Origin: Daphnia carinata
Lineage: Eukaryota
DNA length: 64,000 nt
Direction: 5' to 3'
Assembly (NCBI RefSeq): GCF_022539665.2
Contig: NC_081333.1
Span: forward strand, 9,982,001 to 10,046,000
The translations under genes and the position numbers were made by a program. The notes under the pieces are model-generated. The model was given only the letters and a program-made list of their open reading frames with translations, did not search any database and was not told the origin of the DNA. How positions within the stretch are numbered: the stretch's first letter is position 1; each line of letters begins with the position of its first letter. Positions 35,512 to 48,034 of the stretch are shown in pieces.

Positions 35512-38500
35512 ATATACCGCCCTAAGGTTATGTTGCGATGTAGTGGTCAAACAAAAAAGAAACAAAAAAAAAAAGGGGGGGGGGGGAAGTCTAGAAAAAT
35601 AAAAAAAAAAAAAAAGGTAGGGATTCCGGCGCGTCGGTTGCCACCGAGGCGCCGGCATTTTCAGCCGTCACGCTCACGTGCGTCGACATTCCCCCCCCCC
35701 CTCCTTTTTTTTATTTTTTTTTAACTTGCTAGTGTGGCTGCTGCAGGAGCTGATGTACGAACGCGAGCGGCAGCCGAAAGTTTACATGTCGGCATACCAT
35801 TCTCTATTGGAATAATAGATTTCAATCAGTTGGGCATTATTTATTTTTGTTATTTTTCTTTTTTTTTTTTCCTCCTTGGCTCTCCGGTCTTGCTGCCGAT
35901 TGCATCGGATTTTGTAAATGTATATAGTTTTTTTTTTTTTTCTTAGGGGGTTGGCTGTCTATTTTTTTTTCCTTACGGCATTATAATAGGGCAAGTAATG
36001 AGTTTTATGTTTCTTAAAAAAATAATAATAAAAAACAAACTGGTGGAGACCGAACTGGAACGAACCAGGTGGAACAACACGGCGGACCAAGAGTAGAAGA
36101 GGGGGAGAGAGAGAAAGAATGAGATAGTGTCATGAATGAAAATATTCCAACTTTATAATTTTTGATGGTATCTTAGAAAAAGCAACCGAGCGAATCCACT
36201 TGTTTGTTTTTTTTTTACTTAGAAAACACGCAATTTTCTATTTTTCGTTTGTTAAAACAAAATTTTGGGGGATTTCAAATCTCGTAACAAAAAAAACAAA
36301 ACAAAAAAAAAAAACAACGCCCCATCTTCAATTTACTATTCATTTAATGGTCCCGCCTTGATTGGAAACAATCGACTCGCGACAACAAACGACACACACA
36401 CAAACGCGTAGATCGACCTCGCATTTTCTTTAAAAAAAAAAAATTATTTTGCTTTTAACAAACTGCAATTTTAATATTTTTTTTGTCAACCATCGAGAAA
36501 TGACTCGATCTCGTGACTTGTCGCCATTTCGATTCACATCCGGTGGCCGCCTCTCTTTTCTCTCTCTCTCTCTCTCCCTCTGTGTGACAACTTCTTGTTA
36601 GAGTTAACAGACTTACGTAGTCGACTTGTTGCTCGGCCCAGTCCCTCCGTATATGCATAATGTACTTGGACGCTACGATTAGCGTAGCGGCGGCGTCGTG
36701 AGCCGGTGCTGCCTCTTTTTTTTATATATTTTTTTTTAAACGGGTTGGTGTGTAGGATGACCTACATAGCACAAACACATACACACACATACACACACAC
36801 ACAAAAAAAACGTTCCTCCTAGTCTCTCTGTTGGGCTTACTCCTCCTCTATCCCCTCCTTGTTAATAAGCGAAAGGAGGAGGAGCGGGGGAGGAGGGCAT
36901 ACGGCGCTAGCATCGTCCAATAAAAACCCGAGTGGCAGCTGCTCTTTTGATTCAGTCGTCGATGAGGACCGAACAACAGCACAACGTACTTTTTTTTTTT
37001 TATTGTTGATTACATCCCAACGCCAGTTTGTTGTTTGTGTGTGTCGTTGTTGTGGTTGTCATCTTTTGTTTCTTTTATTTTTTAAGAATCTAGTGTATCA
37101 AGTTGAGGGTGCGTGGAGTGCTATCAGTGTTTCTATTCTGGTGGTTGCTTAAACCCATTTGGTGGACCACACATGGAACAATATCTGACTTGTCTTGTTT
37201 TTCTTGTTGTGTGAAACGTTTGAATTCGTAACAAACAGATCCTCGATTGTGGTCGGAAAGCGACGTCTCGCGCTGGCTCAACTGGGCCATCAAAGAGTTC
37301 TCGCTGGAAGGTGTAGTGCTGCAGCACTTTCGCATGCGCGGCCGCGACATGTGCGCCATGGGCAAGGAGAACTTTCTGGCCCGAACGCCTCCTTTCATGG
37401 GCGACATCCTCTGGGAGCATCTCGAGATTCTTCAAAAAGGTAACGCACTCATTAGACACTTCATTACATTCACGATAGACTATAGTAGGAAGAAAGACTT
37501 TTTTTTTTTTTTTTTTTTTTCTCCGTGAAATGTCGAAATGATTCAATCACGGAATTGACATTTTGTCTTGTTGTCTTTTTTATTTTCCCGATGACTAGAC
37601 GTCGGGAAAAGTAAAAATTCTATATAACCGCATAGGCAACAAGTCAATGCGTGTCTGTGTGTTAGGTAATCAAAAAAAAAAAAAAAAAAAAGGAATGGAG
37701 CGCGCGGGAATCCCGACCGCGATCGGTCGGGACTTGGAAAAGAAGTTGTAAAATTCCAAAGAAACAGAGAGGTAAAAAAAAAAAAGAGACACGTAATACA
37801 CAGACACACAAACACACACACACACAAAAAAAGAGAACTTCCCGAATGGCCAGACGTTTTTATAGTAGGGCTATACAGTATGACACATCACGGCCATATA
37901 ATCAAGTCTGCTTTATACTATACCATCATTAAATTCTGTCGCCGATTGCGATGAAGCTTCCCTATTTTTATTTTTTTTTTTTATCTTTCTTTCTCTGTGT
38001 GTGTGTGTGTCTCTTTTAATTTTTGTGGGACGTGAAGCGCACGCGGGACACGATCATTTGGACGTGTCACCGTGCCGCTTGTTCTTGCGCAACAAGCCGT
38101 TTCAAAACGTCACAGTTCTTGTAAGGAAGAAAAATCATTCCGTCCCATCTATTTTTTTTTTTTTTCATTGTCTTTTGCTCCTTTCCCTACTTCATTTTAT
38201 TCTTTTTTTCGAAATGGTGGTTTACCGTAACATCCATTCATATTCTAAAACGTCCATTTTTGGAAAGAAAGGGAATTGTTGGTTAAATGGATGTCCTTAT
38301 TCTTTTGCAGACGTTGAACGGGCAGCGCTGGGCAGTGTGCCGGCCAATTTTTATGAATCCATTTGCGTACCGGTCCCGGATTTGAGAGACTTTTTGGCCG
38401 GTAGCAGTGCTAATAACAATACCGGCAATAGCCAAAACAACAATAACAACAACAGCAGCAACAGCGGAGGAGGAGGGGGAGGAGGAGGTGGTGGATTCTC

Positions 38501-40007
38501 TCCGCCGCCTCCGCCACCGCCGGCCGTTTCGTCGTCGTCCGGCGGTGTTTCAAATTCACCGTCCAACGCCTCGACGCCGGCCGGTTCGTCTTCGACGACG
38601 GCACAGCCACCTGCTGGATCGGCCGGTGCGCAGGTGACTGGATCATCTCCACTTTCAGTGATCGGCTCGTCCATCCAGCCAGTGTCTCCGCCTACACCGC
38701 CCACGCCTCCGGCACTCAAAATGATGTCGCCCATCTCCCAACAGCAACAACAACAGCAACTCAACAACGTCCTGTCGTCGATGAATCCATCCAGATTGGC
38801 CGTTTCATCCACTTCCAACGGTGTCACATCCTACCTAGAAGGTAAGACCCAATCAATCCATCAATCAGTGCCCTCTTTTTTTTTTCTTTCTAACTTCAAA
38901 AAGAAAAAACAAAAAAGAAATAGTTGAAATGAAACAAAAGAAATTGAAAAGAGGCCGTCGTTCGTTCGTCGCATAACTCATCGCAATTATACGCGGCTGG
39001 TGTGTGTGTGTGTGTGTGTTACAATTGAATACGAAGCGATGCAGCACGGCGGAACGATATTCCCGAAAAACGGGCGACACACACACACACACACAAAGAG
39101 ACAGAAATAAATAAGAGAGACCCTCGGAAAGAAAAAGAGAGCGGTATTACGCATTATCTCATTTTTGTTTTCTTCTTTTTTTTTCGCCGCCGCCATTGTA
39201 TGCGTATCCCCCCTCCACCCCATACGCTCTTCTTCCTTTTCAGACAGTACAACTCCCAGTTCTCAAACAACTGGTTGTTACAAGGAGAGGGTTTTTTTTT
39301 TTCTTTTTTATTATAATTTTTTCAGGAAAGAGAGAAGTGTCAAAATGGATATTAGAGTTTAAAATTAAAATAAGAGACTCTTCTATAGTCATGCAAAAAA
39401 AAAAAAGGAGAAGAGAGAGTAGTTAGATTGTCGAAACAAAAGCAGGCGTGGAGAGTGTCCCATTGCAGGCGGGCCGGAAACAGGAAGTTGGCATTTGCCA
39501 GGGCAGAGAGCGCCAACCGTCCCCCCCTCTCTTTTTCTATGTTGTCCTTTACTTGACTGTTTCTTTTTTTCTTTCTTTCTTTTCTCTTAATGAAATGAAA
39601 AGAATGACAACACAAGAGTGGAAATATTTATTAAAAATTGCGCCAACAATTGGAGGGAAAAAAATTTAAACGAAATATTATTTTTTTCCACAAAAGAAAT
39701 GTTCTTTTTCATTTCTTTTTTCTTGTTCTCATTTGAATATAATTCTAACCGAAAAAAAAATCCATCCTCCTCCTCAAGTGTAGTACTTGATGAATCATCG
39801 GATTTCTAAAAAAAAAAAAAAAAAAAAAAAAAATTCGCCACGGTCATACACACACTGGGAGCTTAATGCACAATGTGTGTGGATGCGCATAGAGCGACGT
39901 CAAGTACCGTTGCCCGCCAGCCTTGATGCGTGTGTGCACGGCTATTGCGGTCGCCATCATTAAATCCACCCTGCCAGCCACCCCTATTCAACACCACCTC
40001 ATCAACC

Positions 40008-40041
<34 letters not shown>

Positions 40042-41331
40042 TATATACCTTGCAAACGACCCGCCCCGACGCCCCTCCTCGTCAGTCAGCTTTTAACATT
40101 GAGAGATCGGACCGGAAGTCAGCTCTCTGTATGTATTCTTCTTTTTTTTTTCTTTTTCTTTTTTTTTGGCAGTGATTTTTTTTTCATGCCAACAAACAAC
40201 AACACTGGGTCGTAAAAGTTTATAGAGTTTCCGAGTGTGTCGGGTTTTGTGCTCTGCAGCCATCGAATGTGCGCGTCTAATATTTTCGGATGCGCTAAAT
40301 CAAATTTTAAAAGAAAAAAAAAACAAAAAAACAAAAAAAAATGGATAACAAAAGCAACACGAAAGGGTGGAAAAGAAAGATGTTTGATTCAATCATCGTG
40401 ATGCATGCAGAATATAAATAATAGCCTCCCCCCCCCCCCTCTCCAAAAAGAGAAAGACTCTTCTTCTTTGTCTCGTTTTCCCTTCAAAATCAACGCGGCG
40501 TGAACAAGAATAAAAAATAAAAAACTTGTTGCAATCCAACAAACATCTCTTTTTTTGCCAAAAAAAAAAAATACCTGATGTGTGCTATACAATGGAGGAC
40601 AGGCGAGCTAATAAGAAGGAAAAAGAGATGGAAAAAAGAAAATGAAGGGGTTCACCGGTTGGCGTCACAAGTAAATGAGGGAATATGGCCGTGAAGTTGA
40701 TGGAAGACCTACACATAGGCACACACGACATCCACCTGGAATAGCACACAAATGAAAAAGGCAAAAGCAAAAAAAAAAGGTCTATAAATATTACTGTGGG
40801 ATTATGCAACAAACTTGACTCCCATCCATCCCTCAACTTAAAAAAAAAAAATCTACGTTGTGATGTGTTCCTTTTTTTTTTTTATTTTGAATTCCAACTG
40901 ATCATTCACTAGATGCGCATGTAGCCTGTATGGTGATTGGTTCCAGTCTAGCGAGTCCATTTGCGTGCGCATTGCCATGGCTATTGAGTTGTTGGGAGAG
41001 AGAGAGAGAGAGTTGAAGAGCGAACCAATTGTATGTTTTTATGTATTTTCCGTCTAGATAATAATATCACAGCGAAAAGAAAGACATGATGCGCGTGCTT
41101 GTTTCCATCATCAGAGATGGGCCGTGAGTTCCAGTTCGGCCGGTCCCATTCGACGACCAAAGAGAGAGACACGCAACCTTTTCATTTCGCCTCTTTTCTT
41201 TTCACGTCTATTGCTTATCACCACCACCCACTTGGCCCCCATTGACTAATGTATATAAGAAGGAGGTTCCCTTTCGCTAAGAACTCTCGGGATCGTGCGC
41301 ACCCGCCTCGCCGTATGACCGCACGCCCGCG

Positions 41332-41370
<39 letters not shown>

Positions 41371-43432
41371 GGCTGAATTCGGCAGTGAAAGAGAAGTGGG
41401 CGGCTGCCACTACGGAGCTCAACCCACCCACCCACAAAAAGGGCATGGCGTTTGTTTTTTTTTTTCCTCTATGCTCCTCTCGCCATCCGGCGTGCCTTTT
41501 GCCGTCCGACCGAGAAACTTAGTTGTTTGCGACACGACGAGGCGTCGCGGCGCTACTCGTTCTTCATTCCCATTGGCTGGAGGGCTCGCAACCTCGGGCT
41601 TCTCTCCTTCTCGGAAGGTTGTTGAATTGTTCTAGGCTCTCAACGAGCGGGAGGAGGGGGGGGGAGACTTTTTTTTTTATTTTATTTTTTCTTTATTTCC
41701 CTGTAAAAAAAAAAAAAAGAAAAATACTTTTTTTTTCTTGGGGTTGTAAAGAAGAAGAAGAAAAAAAAATTATATACATAGAGTACGGGTTTACGTGTGT
41801 GTGTGTGTGTGTGTGTGTGTACATATAAGAAGAAGAAAGAAAGAAAACGAAGCAACAAGTCGATTTGAGACTCGGCGTGCGCTCGGCCCTGAACTGTTGC
41901 GCGGTTACGTGCGTGAGCCATGCATCAGTGTCGTTGTTGTTGTCGGGCAGCGCGCTGGCGCACCAACTATAGTGACACGCACATCGGCCTCCACTCGATT
42001 CCCCTGTGAAATGTGAACGAAAACATTTTTGTTGTCTACTCCTCCAAGTTTTTTGGAATTGAAAAGAGAAGAAAAAAAAAAAAAAAAAAAGAACGAAATC
42101 GATTTTTGGGAGCAATTGCAATTGTTTTTCGACGCCAGCGGGAAAAAAAACAAACTCGGATAGTGCGAACGGGGGAAGGGCGAATTGTGCGACGGATTTA
42201 TTCATTTGCAGTTCAACAAGAACAAAAAATAGGCCGTCGCTATTGTTTTGCAGGTAGATCGTTTTTTTTTGCAACGCTGTTTTCATTCAATCAACAAGTG
42301 GCTTCATTTTGGAGTTGATCACTTTAACGCTTTCTTCTTAACCAGAAATGAGAAAGAATCAACGAATATTGTTTTTCAAAAAAAAATTTTTTTTTAAATA
42401 AAGAGGAAAAAGAAGAAGAACAAGAAAAGAGAAGGGGGTAGTAGAAGGGGGAGGAAATCAAATTTTTAAAAAGAAAAAAAAAAAAAATCCGGACAGGAAG
42501 TGCAGGTCACACTCTGACATGACAGGTATACACACAACACGCACCTTCCACAAACTAGCGAAAGAAAGGAAAGAAAGAAAAAAAAAAGACACTAGAAAAT
42601 GAAATAAAATTTTTACATTCGCTTGTATATAGACATCCACAAACAGAGAGAACAAAAAAAAAAAAACTGGCCGGAAGTGAATGGAAGGGGAGATCGGGAC
42701 TCGGACGTTTGCGTTTAAATCCAAAGACCAAACTAGAGAGGCCCGTGTGCATGCACCAGATTTTCTTTTTTTCTTTATTTGACTAGAAAAGAATAAGAAA
42801 AGAAAAAGAAAGAGCCATTTCCGCTGGGCTCTGTGACGGCCGCTCAACACGGCAATAATCATTTCATTGAATGTACAATCATAACGTGATTCGTGCGGTA
42901 ATCATAGGTTTTTTTGTTGTTGTGTGTTGCCGTACGCTGTTTCGACCCCACCCAAAATTTTGCTAAACTTTATTTGATTTCGATTTTTTTTTTTTAACAT
43001 TCGGATATGTGGGATTGAATGAAGAATCATAAATGAGAAAGACAATTCTCTTACATTGTTTCTTTCATAAGAATGTAGTGGTACTCGCCGTCATTGCGAT
43101 CGCAGTGCTGCCCTTTTTATTTTGTGTGTAGCAAAATCAGTTTCGAATATCTTTTTGGAAGGGGCGCTTGATTAAATTACTTCGGTTTATTCTTCTTTTT
43201 TTTTTTCGGGGATGGTACTCTATCTGGCAGGGCAGAGATAAAAGAGATAGACAACCGATACACTCTCGATAGGTCAATCGGTAATTGAGTGTGTGTTGAC
43301 ATTCGATCGCTTTCGATTCATCAAAACGGTAACATCGGTTTTCTGTCTTTGCATTTTAACTTTTTTTTTTCTTTAATATTTTCTTTTTTTTTTTTTTTTT
43401 TTTGTTTCTCTCTCTCTCTTTTTCTGCGTGTA

Positions 43433-43463
<31 letters not shown>

Positions 43464-46400
43464 ATTGTTTGAGGGGTTTCACGGTGGGGCGGGATGTGAA
43501 TGAGCCGTTTCCGGTGCCGCCGCCGACGCCGCCACTACTCGCCCGTCACTTGCGGCAGGATCGGATTCATTCCGTTCGTGTCCTTGAAAGCATCAAATGT
43601 ATATTTAATAGGGCGACATTAAAAAACACACACACACACACACTCACCCGACACTCATCATTCAATCCAAGTTGGATCACTTGTTGCGTCCACCCTCCTT
43701 TTCTTTTACGTTCTATTTTTTTCATTTTCAAAATTTATTTTCGTGTGTCAACTCAGTGATGACGGCCATCCTGACAAGACCTTTGTGAATGAAAATCGCA
43801 CCCAGATGTGTTTTCTGGCCGTCTCTCCCCTTCTCATCCCTTTCTTTTGGCCGTGTGTTTGTTGCATCACAAAAGATAACTGAGCCACCACGATGACCTT
43901 AACTCCATCCACATGCCACAGGGTTGTCACTCGGAACGCGCGCGCGCACGTTTCTGTCAATATTAACTTGTTTGCACGGAGAGTGGGCTCGTTGTTCAAA
44001 CGTTTTCTAACCAGCAGATAACGGCCAGGTGACATGTGCTGGAATGTCTTCTATTCGGCGATCCGCTTTTTATTTATTTTTTTTTTTTTCGGTTGAATTT
44101 TTAATGATTTATTTGACTTGAACTGTTTGTCTTTTGTTTTTAAAGCGTCTTGTTTGAATTGGATAAGGATAAGACGAATTCTTGTTCTGTTGGCGGTGCC
44201 ATTAACTTTTCTTTTTTTTTTTTTTTTTCTTCAAGTTTTTCTTATTTTTCGAACCGGTGAGAAATTGATGATTTTATTTTTTTACTTAAAAAAAAAATGA
44301 ATAAAATTTCAAAAGTCCGTTACGAAAAAAAAAAAACGACATCATCCATTTCGGTTGAAAGCTGCTTGCTGGATTTTTTTTTTTTTTTGTTTTTATATTA
44401 ATTTTCGAATAAGATACGAGCGTGAGAGGGGTCGCTCTTCGGGTCGAGAACTTTGGTGTGAAACGGGTCACTGTATCGTGAGAATGGCCCAAGACGCGCG
44501 CCAGGTCTCTTTTTTTTTTGTTGTTGTTGTTGTTGTTCAAGAGATGACGATGCTCATCCGAAAGAAAAAAATCGTTTTATCTCGACACCCAAGATGTTGT
44601 ACTTGATGTGCGTGCCGACCATTTTCTTGTTGTTGGTTTTTTTTTTCATTGGTTTGTTTCGTGGCTACATCATTACAAGTTTTCCACACGTACACACACA
44701 TAAAGGAAATCCCAAATTTGTCGTGAAACAGAATGAAACCTCCTTTTATTTATTATTATTATTCATCGGTAGCATTGGCCATCAAAATGCAGCCGAGATG
44801 GATCGTGCCGCATTTAATTGTGTTTCGCTATTTCCGATCGAATTCATTCACTGTAATACGATGGAAGTTCTCTTTCTTACTGTTCTCTGTCTAGTCGTCT
44901 GCCATCTTTTTTCTTCTTTGGGTCCATTGTCCCGCCCGAATTCAAACCTTATTATGCCTAGCCTATTGTTGTTATTCGGATTCCCATCGAGCGGCATACA
45001 GAACTTCTAGCCTGCCCTTCTTCGCTTCGGCTGCCGAGCACCTCATTTTTTCCCTCCTCTCATTTGAATCAAGTCATTCTTTGACTCATGAATGGAAGGG
45101 ATTTCGTTTTTTTTTTTTTCTTCTTCTTTAGGGACGATTGGGGGAGGGGGGGACGCAGTTGTTGGTGTGCGTGTGTCAATTCTACGTAGAGCTCATTGAT
45201 CAATAATCGTCGGCCCGAGCTCACTGTACACGCACCATTCATTCGACTTTGTGTCTGTGTGTGTTTGTGGACCTCAGATTGTGTTCTTCGATATAAAACC
45301 TCCCTCTTCCGGCGACTGATTTTTCCCATTCTTTTTTATTGTATACATTCATATTATCATTCATGTTATCATCGTTCAACGCGACCTTCCTTTTTTTTTT
45401 TGTTTGTTACATTTTTATTTGATACTTTTTGAATTCGAAAGTTTGACGCTTGAAAAAACCTTTTTTTTTTCCTTTTCAGAAAGGGATTTCAATCAAATTT
45501 TCATGTATGGCTATAAGAAAAAAGCGATTCATCATTTCATTTTATGCAGTCAATTAACTACCGAAAATAACTGCATTAAAAAAAAAATCGACTTGGATTA
45601 AGACATTTTCGATTTCACGCAATTTTTTCTTTTCCGATTTGTGCAGGTGGGTACAGCTCGTTGGGCGACCCTATGCAGACCGGAATGGGAGAAATGGTTC
45701 CCGGGTCCGGATCGGCCGCCGTGGTCCAGCAGCACCATGCGCACCAGCAGCACCAAGAGGTTGTCGATTCGCCTTTTGGAGTCGGTGTGGCTTTCGGTGA
45801 CGGAGAAGGTGATTACCAGAATTTAGACTCGGTGACCAACGCCGGCCACCACCAGCAACAACACCACCAGCAACAGCAGCAGCACCACCTCCATCATCAT
45901 CATCAGCAACACCAGCAACAACAGCACCAGCAACAACAACACCAGCAACACCATCATCAGCATCATTTCCTGCATCATCCGGAACCCGCGCCCGATTTCT
46001 ATCCGCAGCCGGCGCACAACAACCAGCCGCAACAGCAACAACAGCAGCCGTACAGCGGCAGCATGAAACAACAGCCATATGGACGAGGTAACATTCGTCC
46101 ATCAGTCGATGGAAACAAACATTTTTTTTCCTTTTTTCTTTGTTTCAAAATTGTCTTGGTCTGTGTGTGTGTGTGTGTGTGTGCACGCGGTGGTTTGCCC
46201 GGTTGCGTCAGTTGAAACGCCAGGCGGAAATGGATGCGCGATTAGATGCTTTTTTTTTTCAGTGACTTATCGAATCTCGCTGGGTTTTTATCCAAATGAG
46301 GGGTCTGCCAACCATTCGCTTCGCGTGGACGTAGCGATAAAAGCAATGTTTTCCCTCCTCTTCTTTTAGTTGCTTTTTGATGATTGTTGAAAACAAAGAA

Positions 46401-48034
46401 AAGCGAAAAACAGACAAACAGAAATTTGTTTTGAAAAAACAAAACAAAAAACGAAATGAAATAATAATCAGTTAGCAGCGTTGCCACGTGGCAATCGACA
46501 ACGGGTGGTTCGCTGTTACACCCGCCGAGTGGATCATTAACAAGGGTGCGCACCAAGAACAATAGAGACTTGAAAAATGGCAGTTGGAAAAGGTTCCCTT
46601 TTTTTTTTTGTTTTTTATTAGCCGGTTCAACCGGCCGTAACCGACAGCATCGAAAGCTTTACACCGACCCTTTCTGATGAGCGATAGAAAGAAAGAAATA
46701 AAGGGAATCAACAGCGGGCCACCTGTTGACGGTGAGTTTTCCATCACGATGATTACCCCGGACACGCAGTTTTCTTTCTGAGAACTACCGAAAGGAATTG
46801 AAATCTACGTCAGATTTTTTTTTTTTTTTTTAGCCTCTGTCGTACACAAAAATTTTCCTTTTCGGAGAAAGAGAGCGAGGGAAACTATGGGTGGGATTTA
46901 TTAGGAAAAGAAGTGATGTGGGTTTTCTCTTTAAAAAAAAAACTCTTTTGTGCGCGTGTGTCGTCATCCGCAACGATTCGGATTTCACTCGTTTAAATAA
47001 AATTGATTTCTTTTGTTCGTAGGACGGTATCCCGGTCACGATGGAGGTTACGTCTCGGATCCTTACGGAGCCTCTACTCCCGGTGGAGGACATCCCACAT
47101 ACGGCGAACACAGCCCATTCCAGACAGTACCTAACCTTGGCGGAGGAGGCGGTCCCAATGATCCTTGGGTTCCGCCTGGCGACCTCGTCGGTGGTCACCA
47201 CAACGGCATGCAGGCACAGGTATATACATCATCATCATCCAACATTTAATGAAACGAACTGTTGTGTCTAACTAGTTTTTTTTTATTTTGTTTCGTTTTG
47301 TTTTTGTTTTCGCATTGTTTTTTGAAAACTTGTAGCACCATCCGGCGGCGTACATGAACAACCACAGCGGAATGGGTCCCCAAAGGGGAGGCAACGATCC
47401 GGTCCTGGGTGGGCACATGCACCAACTCAGCAGTCACAGCCCGACAATGGGCTCACCGGAATCCAAGCCAGTCATTCAAGCTTCCATGTTGGCCGCCTAC
47501 CAAGGTATTTAGCAACATGTGATTTGATTCTGTATGTAACAAAATCACTCAATTCCTTATTTTTTTTTATCTCGCCTGACAGGTGGACCACCAGGGAGCG
47601 GCCCTTGTTTCACTGGATCGGGACCGATCCAGTTGTGGCAATTTTTGCTCGAGTTGTTGACGGACAAGTCGTGCCAGAGCTTTATTTCGTGGACGGGCGA
47701 CGGCTGGGAATTTAAGCTATCCGATCCGGACGAAGTGGCACGTCGCTGGGGCATCCGCAAGAACAAGCCCAAAATGAATTATGAGAAATTGTCGCGTGGT
47801 CTACGTTACTACTACGACAAGAACATCATTCACAAGACGGCTGGCAAGCGATATGTCTACCGTTTTGTTTGCGATCTTCAGAATCTTTTAGGGTGAGTCT
47901 CATTACCTTAGCTGATTGTTAAATGAAGCAGTTTCATTCAAACGTGATTTTTATCCCGTGCATCAAATAGGTACACAGCGGAGGAACTGCACGCCATGGT
48001 CGATCTCAAACCGGACAAGAAGGATGACGAGTAA
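20661..48034 (+). CDS. pnt: ETS transcription factor pointed (ETS1/2 orthologue), P2-type isoform with PNT/SAM and ETS domains
   Basis: Exons 20661-20777 (start less certain), 22278-22494, 33377-33493 ([16 protein letters not shown] site), 37239-37439 (PNT domain [17 protein letters not shown]...[11 protein letters not shown]), 38311-38841, 45647-46087 (Q/H-rich), 47023-47219, 47336-47504, 47583-47892 (ETS domain [15 protein letters not shown]...[15 protein letters not shown]), 47971-48034 (TAA). All phases are compatible. Confidence 0.95.
45849..45978 (+). repeat. Coding CAN trinucleotide (opa-like) repeat encoding poly-Gln/His tract in pnt
   Basis: Runs of CAC/CAG/CAA/CAT codons: [44 protein letters not shown]. 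Confidence 0.9.

Noticed and set aside
37591..37612. TGACTAGA (miR-279 family seed) in a pnt intron
   Set aside because: The remainder does not match a known mature miRNA and no precursor hairpin is evident.
45480..45504. 25-nt AG...GT segment upstream of a pnt exon
   Set aside because: Not frame-preserving and no supporting motifs.
17300..45600. Dozens of F/K-rich and CV/TH-rich ORFs in the ORF track
   Set aside because: They are translations of poly-T/poly-A and (CA)n/(GA)n microsatellites in pnt introns, not genes.
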